DNA from: Chiloscyllium plagiosum | Taxonomy: Eukaryota | DNA: 64,000 bases | Assembly: GCF_004010195.1 (NCBI RefSeq) | Contig: NC_057729.1 | Location: 58,909,335-58,973,334 of the forward strand | Reading direction: 5' to 3' | Part shown: positions 1 to 12,236 of the stretch, one piece after another | Numbering within the stretch: position 1 is the stretch's first letter | Layout of the letters: each line of letters starts with the position of its first letter | Program-made: the position numbers and the translations under genes | Notes under the pieces: model-generated | Seen by the model: only the letters and a program-made list of their open reading frames with translations | What the model was told of the DNA's origin: nothing | Databases searched by the model: none

Positions 1-395
1 TCATGTCCCCTTTTTACCCTCCTGATTTCCCTCTTAAGTATACTCCTACTGCCTTTATACTCTTCTAAGGATTCACTCGATCTATCCTGTCTATACCTTA
101 CATATGCTTCCTTCTTTTTCTTAACCAAACCCTCAATTTCTTTAGTCATCCAGCATTCCCTATACCTGCCAGCCTTCCCTTTCACCCTGACAGGTGTCTC
201 TGGATTCTCAGTATCTCATTTCTGAAGGCTTCCCATTTTCCAGCCGTCCCTTTACCTGTGAACATCTGCCCCAATCAGCTTTTGAAAGTTCTTGCCTAAT
301 ACCGTCAAAATTAACCTTTCTCCAATTTAGAACTTCCACTTTTAGACCTGGTCTATCCTTTTCCATCATTATTTTCAATCTAATAGAATTCATTA
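1..395 (-). mobile_element. CR1/HER1-type LINE fragment (ORF2 region between endonuclease and RT)
   Basis: Minus ORF 208..393 reads KVEVLNWRKVNFDGIRQELSKADW, typical of CR1 ORF2; similar to the CR1 copy at 26140-26410. Confidence 0.7.
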
Positions 396-1298
396 GACAA
401 ATCCCTTTTCGCTAGAATCATTGTTTTATTATCATATTTTATAATCCATACCTTCTTTTATAACCCCAGCTAATGTTGAGGCTGGACCTATCAGATCCCA
501 GACAGTGAAGCTTGGCTTGATAGACCATGTTTTTGTCATTTGGTTACTGAGCTGGCCAGTCTGCTTATACACACACAAAGTTGCCAATGTTCTTTTAATG
601 AAAGAACACAAGTTTATTATTCAGAGGTATGTGAAATGGTTATAAATAAACATTTAGATAGATGTTAACTTCAACTCCTATCCCAGCAATGTCTTTTCCA
701 GACACTCAAACCCAATACAGTATCATTCCTGTTTTAACTGTTTGATTCCAATGTAAGGTTGCAAGAGTTTCCTTCCTATCCAGTCACTAGGTTTAATTCT
801 CTCCATTATTGACTCTGTTACATGGCACCAAATATTTCACTGCTTTTCCCAACTGAATTTCAAGAAAAGCCTTGTCTGATGAAATTGCTAAAATCTTTCA
901 AAATGTCATTCCAGTTCTGACAGCTTGCTTTGCCCAAACAAAACTAGCCTTCTACTGGGATGAGACCTGACTGGGGCCCTCTCTGTCTCTCAATCTGTTA
1001 AAAAAACTCAACATTTCAACAATTTACTCCCAAAATAATTTATCTAAATCATTTAACTGAAGTCTTGTTCTTTCTCGGAAAAGGTGTTTAAACTCACTTT
1101 TCAAAAATGACATTCTAACCTCCCAAAGATTACAAGTGACCTTTACAGAACTGAAAACTAAAATCTATTTTCAAGTCAAAGTTTCCAAATAATAACGATG
1201 TGCTATAAACTGACATAAACTGCAATGAAATAATCGATCCCCACGTGTCTAATTCTCCCTAATCTGTGCGAGTGTTTGCCTAGTCCTCCAATACGCCT

Positions 1299-1497
1299 TA
1301 TAAAGCTTGTCGTGTGCTTCCGCCCAAGCCAAGGACTCATGTACTTTGCACTTTCAGTGAATTGATAAGGGAGCTTTTGTTCCTGGGGTTATTCTGCTGT
1401 GAGTGGGTAAGCTGTCTCCAAGTCATGAATTAGACAAATTCTGACGATAAATGACAGGAAGATCTGGAATTCTACAGAATGAGAATCCAACAGCAAG
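1299..1497 (+). promoter_or_regulatory. Possible TATA promoter and non-coding first exon of the Src-like kinase gene
   Basis: TATAAA at 1299-1304, E-box CACGTG at 1242-1247, strong donor AAG|GTAAGA after 1497. An in-frame TGA upstream of the junction to exon 3705 implies 5' UTR. Inference only. Confidence 0.3.
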
Positions 1498-2839
1498 GTA
1501 AGATCGAGTTTATAAGATGTTTGTTCCTTTAAATTCTGTTTAGTTTGATACAGTGACTTGGGACTATTCAGTGGAGATGTACGTGACCTGGAATCAAATC
1601 ATTACCTTCTCAGTTAAAAAAAAGTAAAAGTGAGAGTTTTCTGTACAATCACAATTAACCTGGTTAAAGCCAGCAAAAATTATTAATTCCAAATGTCAAT
1701 GGAACCCAATTTAATTGGTTTCGTCAGGCTGTAGTTCTGTTTCTGAACAATTGGCCTTTAGTCACTCCCTTGCAACAGTTTCGGTTTTATAATTAATTGC
1801 CATTTGTTGTCAAAGGCAAATTTGCTCCTGTCCAAATGCAGTGGCAGTAACAGCTTGCTTTCAGAAGGTGTCTTTCATACAGTTAAAATGTCTCAGGAAC
1901 CTCACAGGACCATAATTGAACAAATTGTGGTGTTAATATGAAGAGGTATGGAGATGACCACTGAAACCTTGTTGAAAGGGGGATAGAGAAGCACAGGGCT
2001 GCAACGTTTTCAGGAATGCAGAGTCTGTCCCCACCTAAAATGCACTGTATTCTCACTGAGTCTTCACTCCCTCAGCACAGCTCCTCTCCAAATTGCATTC
2101 CTTCCCCACAGCCTCCCCCTGCCGGATGTTTCTCGGCTGAGATTCAGCCTGGAGGGCTCCAACTTTCTGTGCAAGGTCCCAGCACACAGGCACTGCAGAA
2201 ACAAAGTCCTATCTTCACATTGAAGATATCCACTGGCAAGCTGTAAGACATGACCATGGTGCTAAATGACACAGTAATGGGTAAATCACCACAAGCTGCC
2301 TTTAATTCAGCTGCTTATTAAGAAATCTCGCAGACAATCAAATACTGAAACAATGATGTAAACTTTGTTGTATGTAGCAACCAAAATAAGACCCCTCAAG
2401 TAAGCAAATTCAGACCCACAATCCACCCTGGCTATTACCCAATTAATGTGGAAGTTGCCCATGTCCCACCAATGGTGTCTGTCTCTGGATGTGTCTCGGG
2501 TTCTATCCTTATGCAAAGTTGTTCTCCGGAGTTCTGCTAAAGGGGGAGTTCTAGTGTTCAATTCCTATACAGATTTTTATCCTTCAGACCAATACTGATG
2601 ATTCTTTAAGGTCCTTTCATCCAAATTGCCACAAGTCTGCAATTTGCCTTTTTATCAGAAGTATTACTTTGTTCTTATTATATTTGGCATTGACTGTTTG
2701 AAGACACAGCTTTTCTGTGACTAACTCCTTAAATCCTTCTGCAGGCCAATCATTGTCTTTGTGCCATAAAGCATTCTGTTAATCATGCAGGTACCAACGT
2801 AATTGTGTTCAAATAGCCTCCACTCCTCCTTTAGCTAGA

Positions 2840-3155
2840 TGGCACGGTGGCACAGTGGTTAGCACTGCTGCCTCACAGCGCCAGAGACCTGGGTTCAATT
2901 CCTGCCTCGGGCAACTGTCTGTGTGGAGTTTGCACGTTCTCCCCGTGTCTGTGTGGGTTTCCTCCGGGTGCTCTGGTTTCCTCCCACACTCCAAAAATGT
3001 GCAGGCCAGGTGAATTGGCCATGCTAAATTGCCTGTCGTGTTAGGTGAAGGGGTAAATGTAGGGGAATGGGTCTGCGTGGGTTGCTCTTCAGAGGGTCGG
3101 TGTTGACTTGTTGGGCCAAAGGGCCTGTTTCTACACTGTAAGTAATCTAATCTAG
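2840..3155 (+). mobile_element. HE1 (V-SINE superfamily) tRNA-derived SINE
   Basis: tRNA-like head GGCACGGTGGCACAGTGGTTAGCACTG with B box GGTTCAATTCC, V-domain GTGTGGAGTTTGCAC..., (TCTAA)n tail. Confidence 0.9.
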
Positions 3156-3728
3156 ACATGGCCAATTGCTTCCAATTCATGTATAAGTTTGTCCTTGACT
3201 TTTACCAGTTTATTCCAGACTGAATTTTTTCTGTGTGTAACACTTTATCTTCAGTTCATTTATTCAACCCATGAACAGTTATTAAAGTTCTGAAGTCTGT
3301 AATATCAAACAATCGGGTGTAAGGGACCACAGCTAGTTCTGTTTTGGGCTAAAAGGGAGGAAAATGGAGGTTGGACACTTGAGGCGACAAGTGATAGACA
3401 GAGCTATTCGGTTCCACAAACAACGTCTCAAATCTGAGCTCTGCAGTCCTGCCACATCCAGTCATGAATGGTGCGGGATAATTAATTATTACCAAATATC
3501 CCCTTCTTCAATGATGGGGGATCCCCGCAGGTGAGTGCAAAAGATCAAGCTGAAACATTCATAACCCTCTTCACCCAGAGGTGCTGATTGGATGATCCAT
3601 CTTGGCTTCCTCTCTCACCAACCATAACCAAATCTCTTGATTGACCCGAAATATTTTTCAGAAACAGACCTGACAAAATAGAGCCTGCCTTTTCTCCACT
3701 TCAGGCTGGTAGACTAGAGCTGGGCAAA

Positions 3729-3832
3729 ATGTCTGATGGCCAGGAGGGAAGCCCTTGTGCTGAGCCGCAAGGTGACAGAGAAAATGAGGAGCAGCAAAGT
3801 GAAGACCAGGATGTGAAGGAGCACAACACCAG
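3729..3832 (+). CDS. Src-like kinase, putative first coding exon (acidic unique N-terminus MSDGQEGSPCAEPQGDRENEEQQSEDQDVKEHNT)
   Basis: Acceptor TTTCTCCACTTCAG ends at 3704, ATG at 3729 with A at -3, donor AG|GTATGT at 3833. Phase 2 end matches the next exon. No homology support, so confidence is lower. Confidence 0.55.
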
Positions 3833-3999
3833 GTATGTTCCTGAGGCTGTCCCTGCTTTGGTGCGTACTTCATACTGTGATCCAGAATGCTCAGTACAAC
3901 GAGGTCAGAGAAACTCTGGTAGAGGGAATGAGGAAGTGAGTGGCGGTTTCTGGGTTATAAGGATTGTCTGGGAATATGAAGAAAGCTGGCCAAAGATAT

Positions 4000-4790
4000 T
4001 CAAAATCAAAAATAGAGATTGCTGGAAAAACTCAGCAGGTCTGGCAGCAGCTGTGGAGAGAGAAAACAGAGCTAACATTTTGATTCCAGTGACCCATCAT
4101 CAGAACTGATAGCTACTAGGAAAAGGTGGTATTTATGCTGAAGGGGGTGTGGCAGCGAGGGGGGTGGTGGTGGTGAAGGAAGTGGATAGATGGAGCTAGC
4201 ACCCAGAGAGAGAGCGGGAGATATGAAAGGGTTAGATGAGATGAGAGGATTATTGATGCTGAATGAGAGCTGAGAGTCGAGAGAGGAACAGAATGGGGTG
4301 GCTATGTTGAAAGCAACAACCCATTTCATGATAGGTCCAGGATACAGGGGTCGGTAAAAAAAACAAGGAAGGATGGAATCAGGCTGTAAAATTATCGATT
4401 TGATTTGATTTATTTTAGTCATGTGTACCTAAGTACAATGAAAAGTTTTGTTTTATGAGCAGTACAGGCAAATTATTGCAAATAAGGACCTACAGATCAT
4501 CGGGAGGTTAGACAGATCGAGGTATACAGGTTATACTGTACAGGAAGTATACAATGTAAGGTCAACATGAACATTATTTGAAAACTCGATATTGAGTCCA
4601 GCGTGCTGTAGGGTTCCCGAGTGGAAAATGAGGTGCTGTTCTTCCAGCTTGTGCTGAGCTTGACTGGAGCACTGCAGCAAGGCTGAGACAGAGATATTGG
4701 CTGGGAACAGGGTGGGGTGGTAAAGGGGCAGGCAACTGGAGGCTCAGGGTCATTTTTGTGACAGAACCTAGGTGTTCTGCAAAGCACTCA
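4000..4790 (-). mobile_element. Penelope-like element 3' fragment, interrupted by a Rex1-type tail at ~4400-4570
   Basis: Minus ORF CFAEHLGSV..KNDPEPPVACPF is homologous to the GIY-YIG-downstream region at 28320-28480; terminal motif and degenerate hammerhead at ~4073-4108. Confidence 0.65.
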
Positions 4791-5209
4791 TCCTGTGCCC
4801 GCCAACCCGCCAACCCTCTCACAACATATGCCTCAATGAGATCAGGGCTGACCTACTTCAACATCATTTCCCTCACTGCCTCCATTCCCTTGAAATTTTT
4901 AACTTATTGAAATCTATCAATCTCAGTCTGGAATGTACTAAGTATTCCCTCCATATTCCCTCAAGACAGAGAATTCTCAAGATTCAGAGATTTGGTGTTG
5001 GCCATTAAACAATGGCCTTACCAGTGACACCCACAAAGTGTGAACAAATGAAAACCACCACCCTCTGAGTGAGGAAGCCCCTCCTCATGCCAGCCCTGCA
5101 AGGCCAGTGCCTCTATCTGAGCCCGGGTCCCCTAATCCTAAACCACTGATACGAGCAGTCAGGGGAAACATCTTTCCCACATCCATCCTCTCAATTCCTG
5201 TAAGGATTA

Positions 5210-5443
5210 AAAGCAAATTACTGCGGATGCTGGAATCTGAAACCAAAAGAGAAAATGCTGGAAAATCTCAGCAGGTCTGGCAGCATCTGTAAGGAGAGAA
5301 AAGAGCTGACGTTTCGAGTCTAACTGACCCTTTGTCAAAGCTTTGACAAAGAATCAGTTAGACTCAAAACGTCAGCTCTTTTCTCTCCTCACAGATGCTG
5401 CCAGACTTGCTGAGATTTTCCAGCATTTTCTCTTTTGGTATCC
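5210..5443. mobile_element. Palindromic non-autonomous Penelope-derived element with 13-bp TSD
   Basis: Inverted arms of ~98 bp centred on GTCAAAG|CTTTGAC (5340/5341); CCTGTAAGGATTA repeated at 5197-5209 and 5444-5456; sits inside a minus-strand CR1 remnant. Confidence 0.85.
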
Positions 5444-5919
5444 CCTGTAAGGATTATGTCTGTTTGAATAAAACATACTCTCATTCTTCTAAACTCCAGA
5501 GAATAATGATCCAGTCTGTTTAATATTTCCTCAGAAGTCAACCTCTCCATTTCGGGGATTAGTTTGGTGAGTCTTTGTTGTATTCCGTTCACAGGAAATA
5601 AATCTTTTTGTAGCTGAGAACCCCAAACTCCAAACAATACTCCAGATGTGTCTAACCAAAGCTTCATATACTGTGAGATATCTTTACAGCTCTCCTTCCA
5701 TCCTGTTTTGATGTGTTTGTAGCTGATACCCATTCTGGACACGCCTGATGCCAGAGTGAAACCTGACTTGATGAGACATTGGTTTTATTTCTGGAATTTG
5801 ATTCCAGTGAGGCTGAACACGGTCACACGAGGCTGCCAATGTGCTATTAACAAGAACGTTAAAGTTTATTACAAACAAAAATAAAAAAATAATTAATTTG
5901 CATGCTCCTTAAGAGCTAT

Positions 5920-6800
5920 TTGAAACAGCACCGCATCCACAAACATCCACTCCCTCCACCACTGACTCTCAGTAGCAGCATTGTGTATCATCTACAAGAT
6001 TCACTGCAGAAATTCACCGACGATCCTTAGACAGCACCTTACCAACCCATGACCACTTCTATCCAGAAGGACAAGGGCAGCAGATACAAAAATAGCAACA
6101 TATGAACAAGGAACAAGTAAAGGCCACTCGGCCCTTCAAGCCTGCTCTGCCATTCAATGGCTGATCTGATTTTAACCCCAACTCTACCCTCCTGAATTTC
6201 TCTGATAATCTTTCTGCCCCTGGGTCATCAAGAATCTATCAACCTCTGCCTTAAAAATATTTACAGACCATCCGCTGCTTTTTGAGGAAGGGGGTTCCAA
6301 AGACTCTCAATCTTCTGAGAAAAAAAAAAGCTTCCTCACCTCTGTCCTAAATGAGTACCCCCTTGTTTTTAAACTCGGACCCCTAGTTCTAGATTCTCTT
6401 ACAAGAGAAGCCACCCTTTGCACATCTACCTGGTCAAGTGCCCTCAGGATCTTATACATTTCAGATAAGTCAGAAGTGAAACTCCAGAGGGTACAGACCT
6501 AGACTGACCAGCCTTTCCTTTTAATACAATCCAGCCATTCCAGGTTTTAGTCGAATGAGCCTTGGTACATGGGAACACCACCCCCTGCAATTTCCCCTCC
6601 AAACCACTCACCATCCCGACTTGGAAATATATCGCCGCTCCTTCACTGTCACTGGATCAAAATCCTGGAATCCCCTCCCTAAGAACATTGTGAGTCAACC
6701 TACAGCACATGGACTGCAGCGGTTCAAGAAGGCAGCTCACCCCCACCTTCTCAAGGGGCAATTAGGGACGGGCAATAAATACTGGCCCACATCCCATTAA
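5920..6800 (+). mobile_element. L2/Crack-like LINE 3' end split by a minus-strand CR1 3' fragment (~6100-6560)
   Basis: 5920-6090 and 6565-6800 are contiguous in the copy at 29580-29960 (...GGGCAGCAGATAC|ATGGGAACACCACC...). Confidence 0.7.
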
Positions 6801-7132
6801 ATGATTTTTTAACAAATCAGTAAAAATGCAAACAGGAATTCAAACAAAGCCTTTTTTCCACCAAAACAGCCTTCCCCAGGGTGCGGTGAGGAAGTGGGAT
6901 TTGTTACGACTGAAACAACAGGGAATAAACTGACACGTTAAGGTGATAGCTAGAGGAACACATGGGGGGGGAGGGAAGGAATCGGGAAATGTTTGGTGGA
7001 ATGAGATCATGACAGTTTGAGGGGGGTGGCGGGGTGCGCTCATGAGGCACCAAAACAGTCCTTGGGGCTAAAAGGCCAGTTTCTGAGTTGGAAATTGTAG
7101 CTCATCTTTCTAATTGTTGTTCTGTTTTTCAG

Positions 7133-7213
7133 ATCAGAAAGCTTTAAGTCTCTGTTCAGGGCAGAGTCTCTGAGGGATCAAGGTACTGAGATCAAACCAC
7201 TGGAGGCGGAAAC
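7133..7213 (+). CDS. Src-like kinase exon: degenerate remnant of the second SH3 exon ((R)SESFKSLFRAESLRDQGTEIKPLEAE(T))
   Basis: Strong acceptor TTGTTCTGTTTTTCAG, donor AC|GTAGGT, 81 bp, phase 2-2. It ends LEAE-T directly before the SH2 WFFK, as in HCK SLETEEWFFK and LCK SLEPEPWFFK. Confidence 0.7.
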
Positions 7214-7251
7214 GTAGGTGAACAGCTGTTGTTAAATACACCTCAACTCTT

Positions 7252-7367
7252 AGGACTTATCAGAGCAAAGGTCAGTGCGTGAGGACCTATCAGAATAAAG
7301 ATCTGTGCAAGGACCTATCAGAGTAAAGATCAGTGTGCAAGGACCTATCAGAGTAAAGATCAGTGTG
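7252..7367 (+). repeat. Minisatellite, 4 copies of a ~28-30 bp unit AGGACCTATCAGAGTAAAGATCAGTGTGCA
   Basis: Directly visible tandem copies. Confidence 0.9.
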
Positions 7368-7699
7368 ATTTGGCTGAGGAAAGTGAATGGACCATAGGCC
7401 AGTTTGTGGATGACACAAAGTTAGGTGGGAAGGCTATTAGTGGGATGATCCAATGATTCCACAGATGGATATAGACAGGTTAATGAGTAGGCAAAAACTT
7501 GGCGATGGAATATAATTTGGAGAAATGTCAAGTTGTGAACTTTGGCAGGAAGAATAGAGGAGCTGAATATTATTTAAATGGAGAAAGATCGCAGAAAGTT
7601 ATAGAGCAGTGGGGTTTGGGAGTCCTCAGGGTATACACTGACAGGGTTGACTTTGGGGAGGTTGTTAGCTCCCTGGAAGGATCAATCATTACAGATTGA

Positions 7700-9130
7700 G
7701 ATTGAAGCTAAATCTCATGGGAATGGAAAGGAATGTACCGAGGCACAGTGAAAATCTTTGTCGTACGAGCAATGCAGGCAGATCACAGAGTTAAGTAGCA
7801 TAGATAGTAAATAAGTAAACAGCGGCAAAAACAAAAACACAGGTACAGGTGAATGTTAAGAGTTTGTGAGTCCATTCAGTATTCTAACAACATTAGGGTA
7901 GAGACTGTTACGAAACCGGCTGGTGTGTGTGTTCAGGCTTCTGTACCTTCTCCCAGATGGTAGAGGTTGTAGAAAAACATTGCCAGGGTGGGATGGATCT
8001 TTGAGAATGCTGGCGGCCTTTCCTTGACAGCGGGNNNNNNNNNNNNNNNNNNNNNNNNNNNNNNNNNNNNNNNNNNNNNNNNNNNNNNNNNNNNNNNNNN
8101 NNNNNNNNNNNNNNNNNNNNNNNNNNNNNNNNNNNNNNNNNNNNNNNNNNNNNNNNNNNNNNNNNNNNNNNNNNNNNNNNNNNNNNNNNNNNNNNNNNNN
8201 NNNNNNNNNNNNNNNNNNNNNNNNNNNNNNNNNNNNNNNNNNNNNNNNNNNNNNNNNNNNNNNNNNNNNNNNNNCACCTCCCGTCTGTAGTCTGTTTCAT
8301 TGCCATCTGAGATTCGACCGACTGTGGTGGTGTCATCAGCGAATGTGTAAATGGCATTAGACTGGTATTTGGCGACGCAGTCATGTGTATATAGTGAGTA
8401 CAGTAGGGGGCTGAGTACACACCCCTGGGGGGGCTTCAGTGTTGAGTGTTAGTGAGGATGAAATATTGTCCCCAATCTTCACTGATTGTGGCCTGTGGGT
8501 CAGGAAACTGAGGATCCAGTTGCAGAGACTGGGGCTTAGTCCGAGATCACTAAGTTTTGTAATCAGTCTCAAGGGGATAATAGTGTTGGAGGCTGACCTG
8601 TAGTCAATGAGTAGGATTCTTATGTAGCTGTTCTTGGTGTCAAGATGTTCTAGGGAGGAGTGAAGGGCAAATGGTATGGCATCTGACGTGGATCTGTTGG
8701 TCCGATAGGCAAATTGGAGTGGGTCAAGAGTAGTGGGGAGGCTGGAGTTGATTATTGCCATGACCAGCTTTTCAAAGCACTTCATGCCCACCGAGGTTAG
8801 GGCCACTGGGCGGTAGTCATTGAGACATGCTGCATGAGCCTCCTTAGGCACAGGGATGATGTTGGCCTCTTGGATCAGGCCGGGACAGTGGCTTGCTGCA
8901 GGGAGAGGTTGAAGATATCCGAGAAGACCTCTGCCAGTTGATCTGCACATGCTCTGAGTGCACGGCCTGGTACTCCGTCTGGTCCCATCGCTCTCCTTGG
9001 ATTCACACAAAGGAAAACTGATCTGCCCTCTGATGCAGTGACTGTTGGATCAGTTCGTCAGGACCTGTCAAAGTGAGCATAGAAGGCGTTGAGACAATCT
9101 GGGAGGGATGTGTCATTGTCTGCTATCTTG
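7700..9130 (-). mobile_element. Rex1/Babar-clade non-LTR retrotransposon fragment (RT), containing an N gap
   Basis: ORF 8381..9010: [33 protein letters not shown]...[18 protein letters not shown], characteristic of Rex1 RT. Confidence 0.85.
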
Positions 9131-9479
9131 CACTGTCTCTTATTCGAACCTGTGATGGATTGCTGAGAAAGGAGACTTTCAGCTGAAGCTGAGATTCATC
9201 AGGACACAATGAACAAATCTGAAAGGGAACAGTAATTGGATAGCAGGAGCTGCAGAGGCTGCAGCTGTTGTTCAGCAAGAGGGCTCTTCGTGGTAGATGT
9301 GGCACCCAAGGAGCCAACCTTGTGAGGAATCACCATCACAAAGCACCGCAAATATCAGCTTGGCTCAGAGTTGAGAAGATTATACATTCATGTCCCACTC
9401 CAGAGCTGTGAGCTGTGGTTAACATATCAGTGCAACACTGAGGGGATGCTGCACTGTCAGAGGTGCTGTTCCTGAGATC

Positions 9480-9980
9480 AATCCTTTGTTTCAATGGAGT
9501 GTGCAGGGGGACATGCCAGGAGCAGCACCAGGCAGACCTGAAGATGAGGTGTCAACCTGGTGAAGCCACCAAACAGGACTACTTGCATGTTAAACAGCAT
9601 AAGCAACAAGTGATAGGCAGAGCTAAATGATCTCAGAACCAACGGATCAGATCTAAGCTCTGCAATCCTGCCACATCCAGTCAGGAATGGTGGTGGACAA
9701 TTAAACAACTCACTGGAGGAGGAGGCTCTACTAATATCCCCCTCCTCAATGATGGAAGAGCCCAGCGCATCAGGGCAAAAGATAAGGCTGAAGCTTTCAC
9801 AGCAATCTTCAGCCAGAAATACCGAGTGGATGATCCATCCAAGCCTCCTGCAGCGGTCCCCAGCATCGGATAACAGGCTTCAGACAATTCCATTCATTCC
9901 AAGTGATACCAAGAAATAGTTGGAGACACTGGATATTGTAAAGGCTACATGCTCTTCCAACATGCCAGCAATACAGAGGA
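9480..9980 (+). mobile_element. L2/Crack-like LINE internal fragment (related copy at ~3440-3630)
   Basis: Shared sequence AGCTCTGCAATCCTGCCACATCCAGTCA...AAGCTGAAGC...TGGATGATCCATC; same family as 11520-12020. Confidence 0.6.
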
Positions 9981-11039
9981 ACCTTGATTATCTGAACAAG
10001 ATGGGAGGGCACTATTTCGTTCAGATAATCGATTATTCGGTTAATCGATTCATTGCCTTTCCTCTGGGGCTCAGAGTTCTCTGTTAAGTCTGCTCCCCAT
10101 TCAGGAGACAAAGTAGCAGTACACCGCGCTCAGGCCCTTGGCTCCCTGCCCGCCCGCAAAAAACGCCTACCCAGCCGCCCCCAAACCCATCCAGCTCTGC
10201 CACCTGCACCCCCATTCACCCCCTCCCATGTCTGCTCCACCCACCGACCGAGTCCCATCTACACTCCTGCCCACCCTGACCCCCTGTTTACCCGCCCCCT
10301 CATGCATACCTGCCCCCTGCCACCCCCCAGCTCCTCCTCCAGGACAGCCAGAGTGGACATCAACAGTAAGACTGCAGCTGCCTTTGTGGGGNNNNNNNNN
10401 NNNNNNNNNNNNNNNNNNNNNNNNNNNNNNNNNNNNNNNNNNNNNNNNNNNNNNNNNNNNNNNNNNNNNNNNNNNNNNNNNNNNNNNNNNNNNNNNNNNN
10501 NNNNNNNNNNNNNNNNNNNNNNNNNNNNNNNNNNNNNNNNNNNNNNNNNNNNNNNNNNNNNNNNNNNNNNNNNNNNNNNNNNNNNNNNNNNNNNNNNNNN
10601 NNNNNNNNNNNNNNNNNNNNNNNNNNNNNNNNNNNNNNNNNNNNNNNNNNNNNNNNNNNNNNNNNNNNNNNNNNNNNNNNNNNNNNNNNNNNNNNNNNNN
10701 NNNNNNNNNNNNNNNNNNNNNNNNNNNNNNNNNNNNNNNNNNNNNNNNNNNNNNNNNNNNNNNNNNNNNNNNNNNNNNNNNNNNNNNNNNNNNNNNNNNN
10801 NNNNNNNNNNNNNNNNNNNNNNNNNNNNNNNNNNNNNNNNNNNNNNNNNNNNNNNNNNNNNNNNNNNNNNNNNNNNNNNNNNNNNNNNNNNNNNNNNNNN
10901 NNNNNNNNNNNNNNNNNNNNNNNNNNNNNNNNNNNNNNNNNNNNNNNNNNNNNNNNNNNNNNNNNNNNNNNNNNNNNNNNNNNNNNNNNNNNNNNNNNNN
11001 NNNNNNNNNNNNNNNNNNNNNNNNNNNNNNNNNNNNNNN

Positions 11040-11172
11040 GACATACACACATAGACACACACACAGACGACACACACACTCACGCATACACACTCACGCA
11101 CACACCCACACAAACACACACCCACACACACACCCACGCACACATGCACACACACACCCACACACCCACACC
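11040..11172. repeat. Imperfect (CA)n microsatellite bordering an N gap
   Basis: Directly visible. Confidence 0.95.
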
Positions 11173-11519
11173 ACGTTTTACTGCAACTTTTTGACAGGTT
11201 CCACCTTTGCCCTGTACAGGACAATGTTGGAGAGATTATCTGGGGAAGGGGGGATTCAGAGTACACCCTTGTGTAGAGCTCCAGGAAAAATGTAGAGACA
11301 GAAAGACAGAGAGACAGAGAGACAGAGAGGTCAGTTATTTGGAGACGGTGCCTGCACTGTCCAGGACTGTTCTCAGCAGCATTTCAGTGAGCCGAGTTCG
11401 TTTTTAATCAGTGTAAACAAAAGACATAATCAGGGTTGAAACAGCTGTTTGATGTAATGTTTCTATCAGGACCTCGAGATCTCCTTCGGGTAATCCGATA
11501 TTTGGATAATTGAGGTCCC

Positions 11520-12020
11520 TCTGCAGTAAAGAGGACTTATGCTCCAGAACTTGCCATACTCCAAGGCATGCTCTTCCAATACAGTTACAACACTGGCATC
11601 TCCCCAAACAGGTATGTCCTGCACATAAAAAGCAGGATAAATCCCGCCCAGCCAATTACCATCCCATCAGTCTACTCTCGATCACCAGTCAAGTGATGGA
11701 AGGTCTTATCCACAGTGTTATCAAGCAGCACCTGCTCAGCAATATCTTGCTCAGTGATGCCCAGTTTGGGTTCCCCCAGGGCCACTCAGCTCCTGACCTC
11801 ATTACAGCCTTGGGTCAAACATGGACAAAAGAGCTGAATCCCAGAGGGGAAGGGAGAGTGACAGCCCCTGACATCAAGGCTGTATTCGACCGAGTGTGAC
11901 ATCACGGAGCCCTGGCAAAACTGGAATCAATGGATATCAATGGGCAAACTCTCTGGTGGTCAGAGTCATACCTGACACACAGGAAGATGGTTGTGGTTGT
12001 TGGAGGTCAGTCATCTCAGC
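11520..12020 (+). mobile_element. L2/Crack/CR1-group LINE RT fragment
   Basis: ORF 11510..11899: DKSRPANYHPISLLSITSQVMEG...SDAQFGFPQGHSAPDL...DIKAVFDRV. Confidence 0.85.
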
Positions 12021-12098
12021 CTTGTCTGCCCTCTGAAGTGGATGTGAAAGAATTCATTCATTGGATGATTTCAAAGAGCAGGTGAAGTCTGCATGCAG

Positions 12099-12236
12099 GA
12101 GAAAGTGAGGACTGCAGATGCTGGAGATCAGAGCTTAAAAATGTGTTGCTGGAAAAGCGCAGCAGGTCAGGCAGCATCAAAGGAGAAGGAGAATCGACGT
12201 TTCGGGCATAAGCCCTTCTTCAGGAATGACACATTT
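12099..12236 (-). mobile_element. Short Penelope-derived insert with 16-bp TSD
   Basis: TGAAGTCTGCATGCAG at 12083-12098 and 12237-12252. Confidence 0.85.
12191..12228 (-). ncRNA. Minimal type I hammerhead ribozyme motif
   Basis: Reverse complement: CATTC-CTGAAGA-A-GGGC TTAT GCCC-GAAA-CG-TC-GATTC, i.e. CUGANGA core, stem II, GAAA and GUC cleavage triplet. Confidence 0.75.

Noticed and set aside
2840-2910. tRNA-like A/B box sequences (also at other HE1 heads)
   Set aside because: They are SINE heads followed by the V-domain and LINE-like tail, not tRNA genes.
7252-7367. CRISPR-like ~30-bp repeats
   Set aside because: No spacers, eukaryotic context; a simple minisatellite.
10053-11295. Long ORFs of 240-385 aa (and similar ones at 7.9-8.4, 22.4-23.1 and 27.0-27.5 kb)
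   Set aside because: Artefacts of N gaps and CA repeats.
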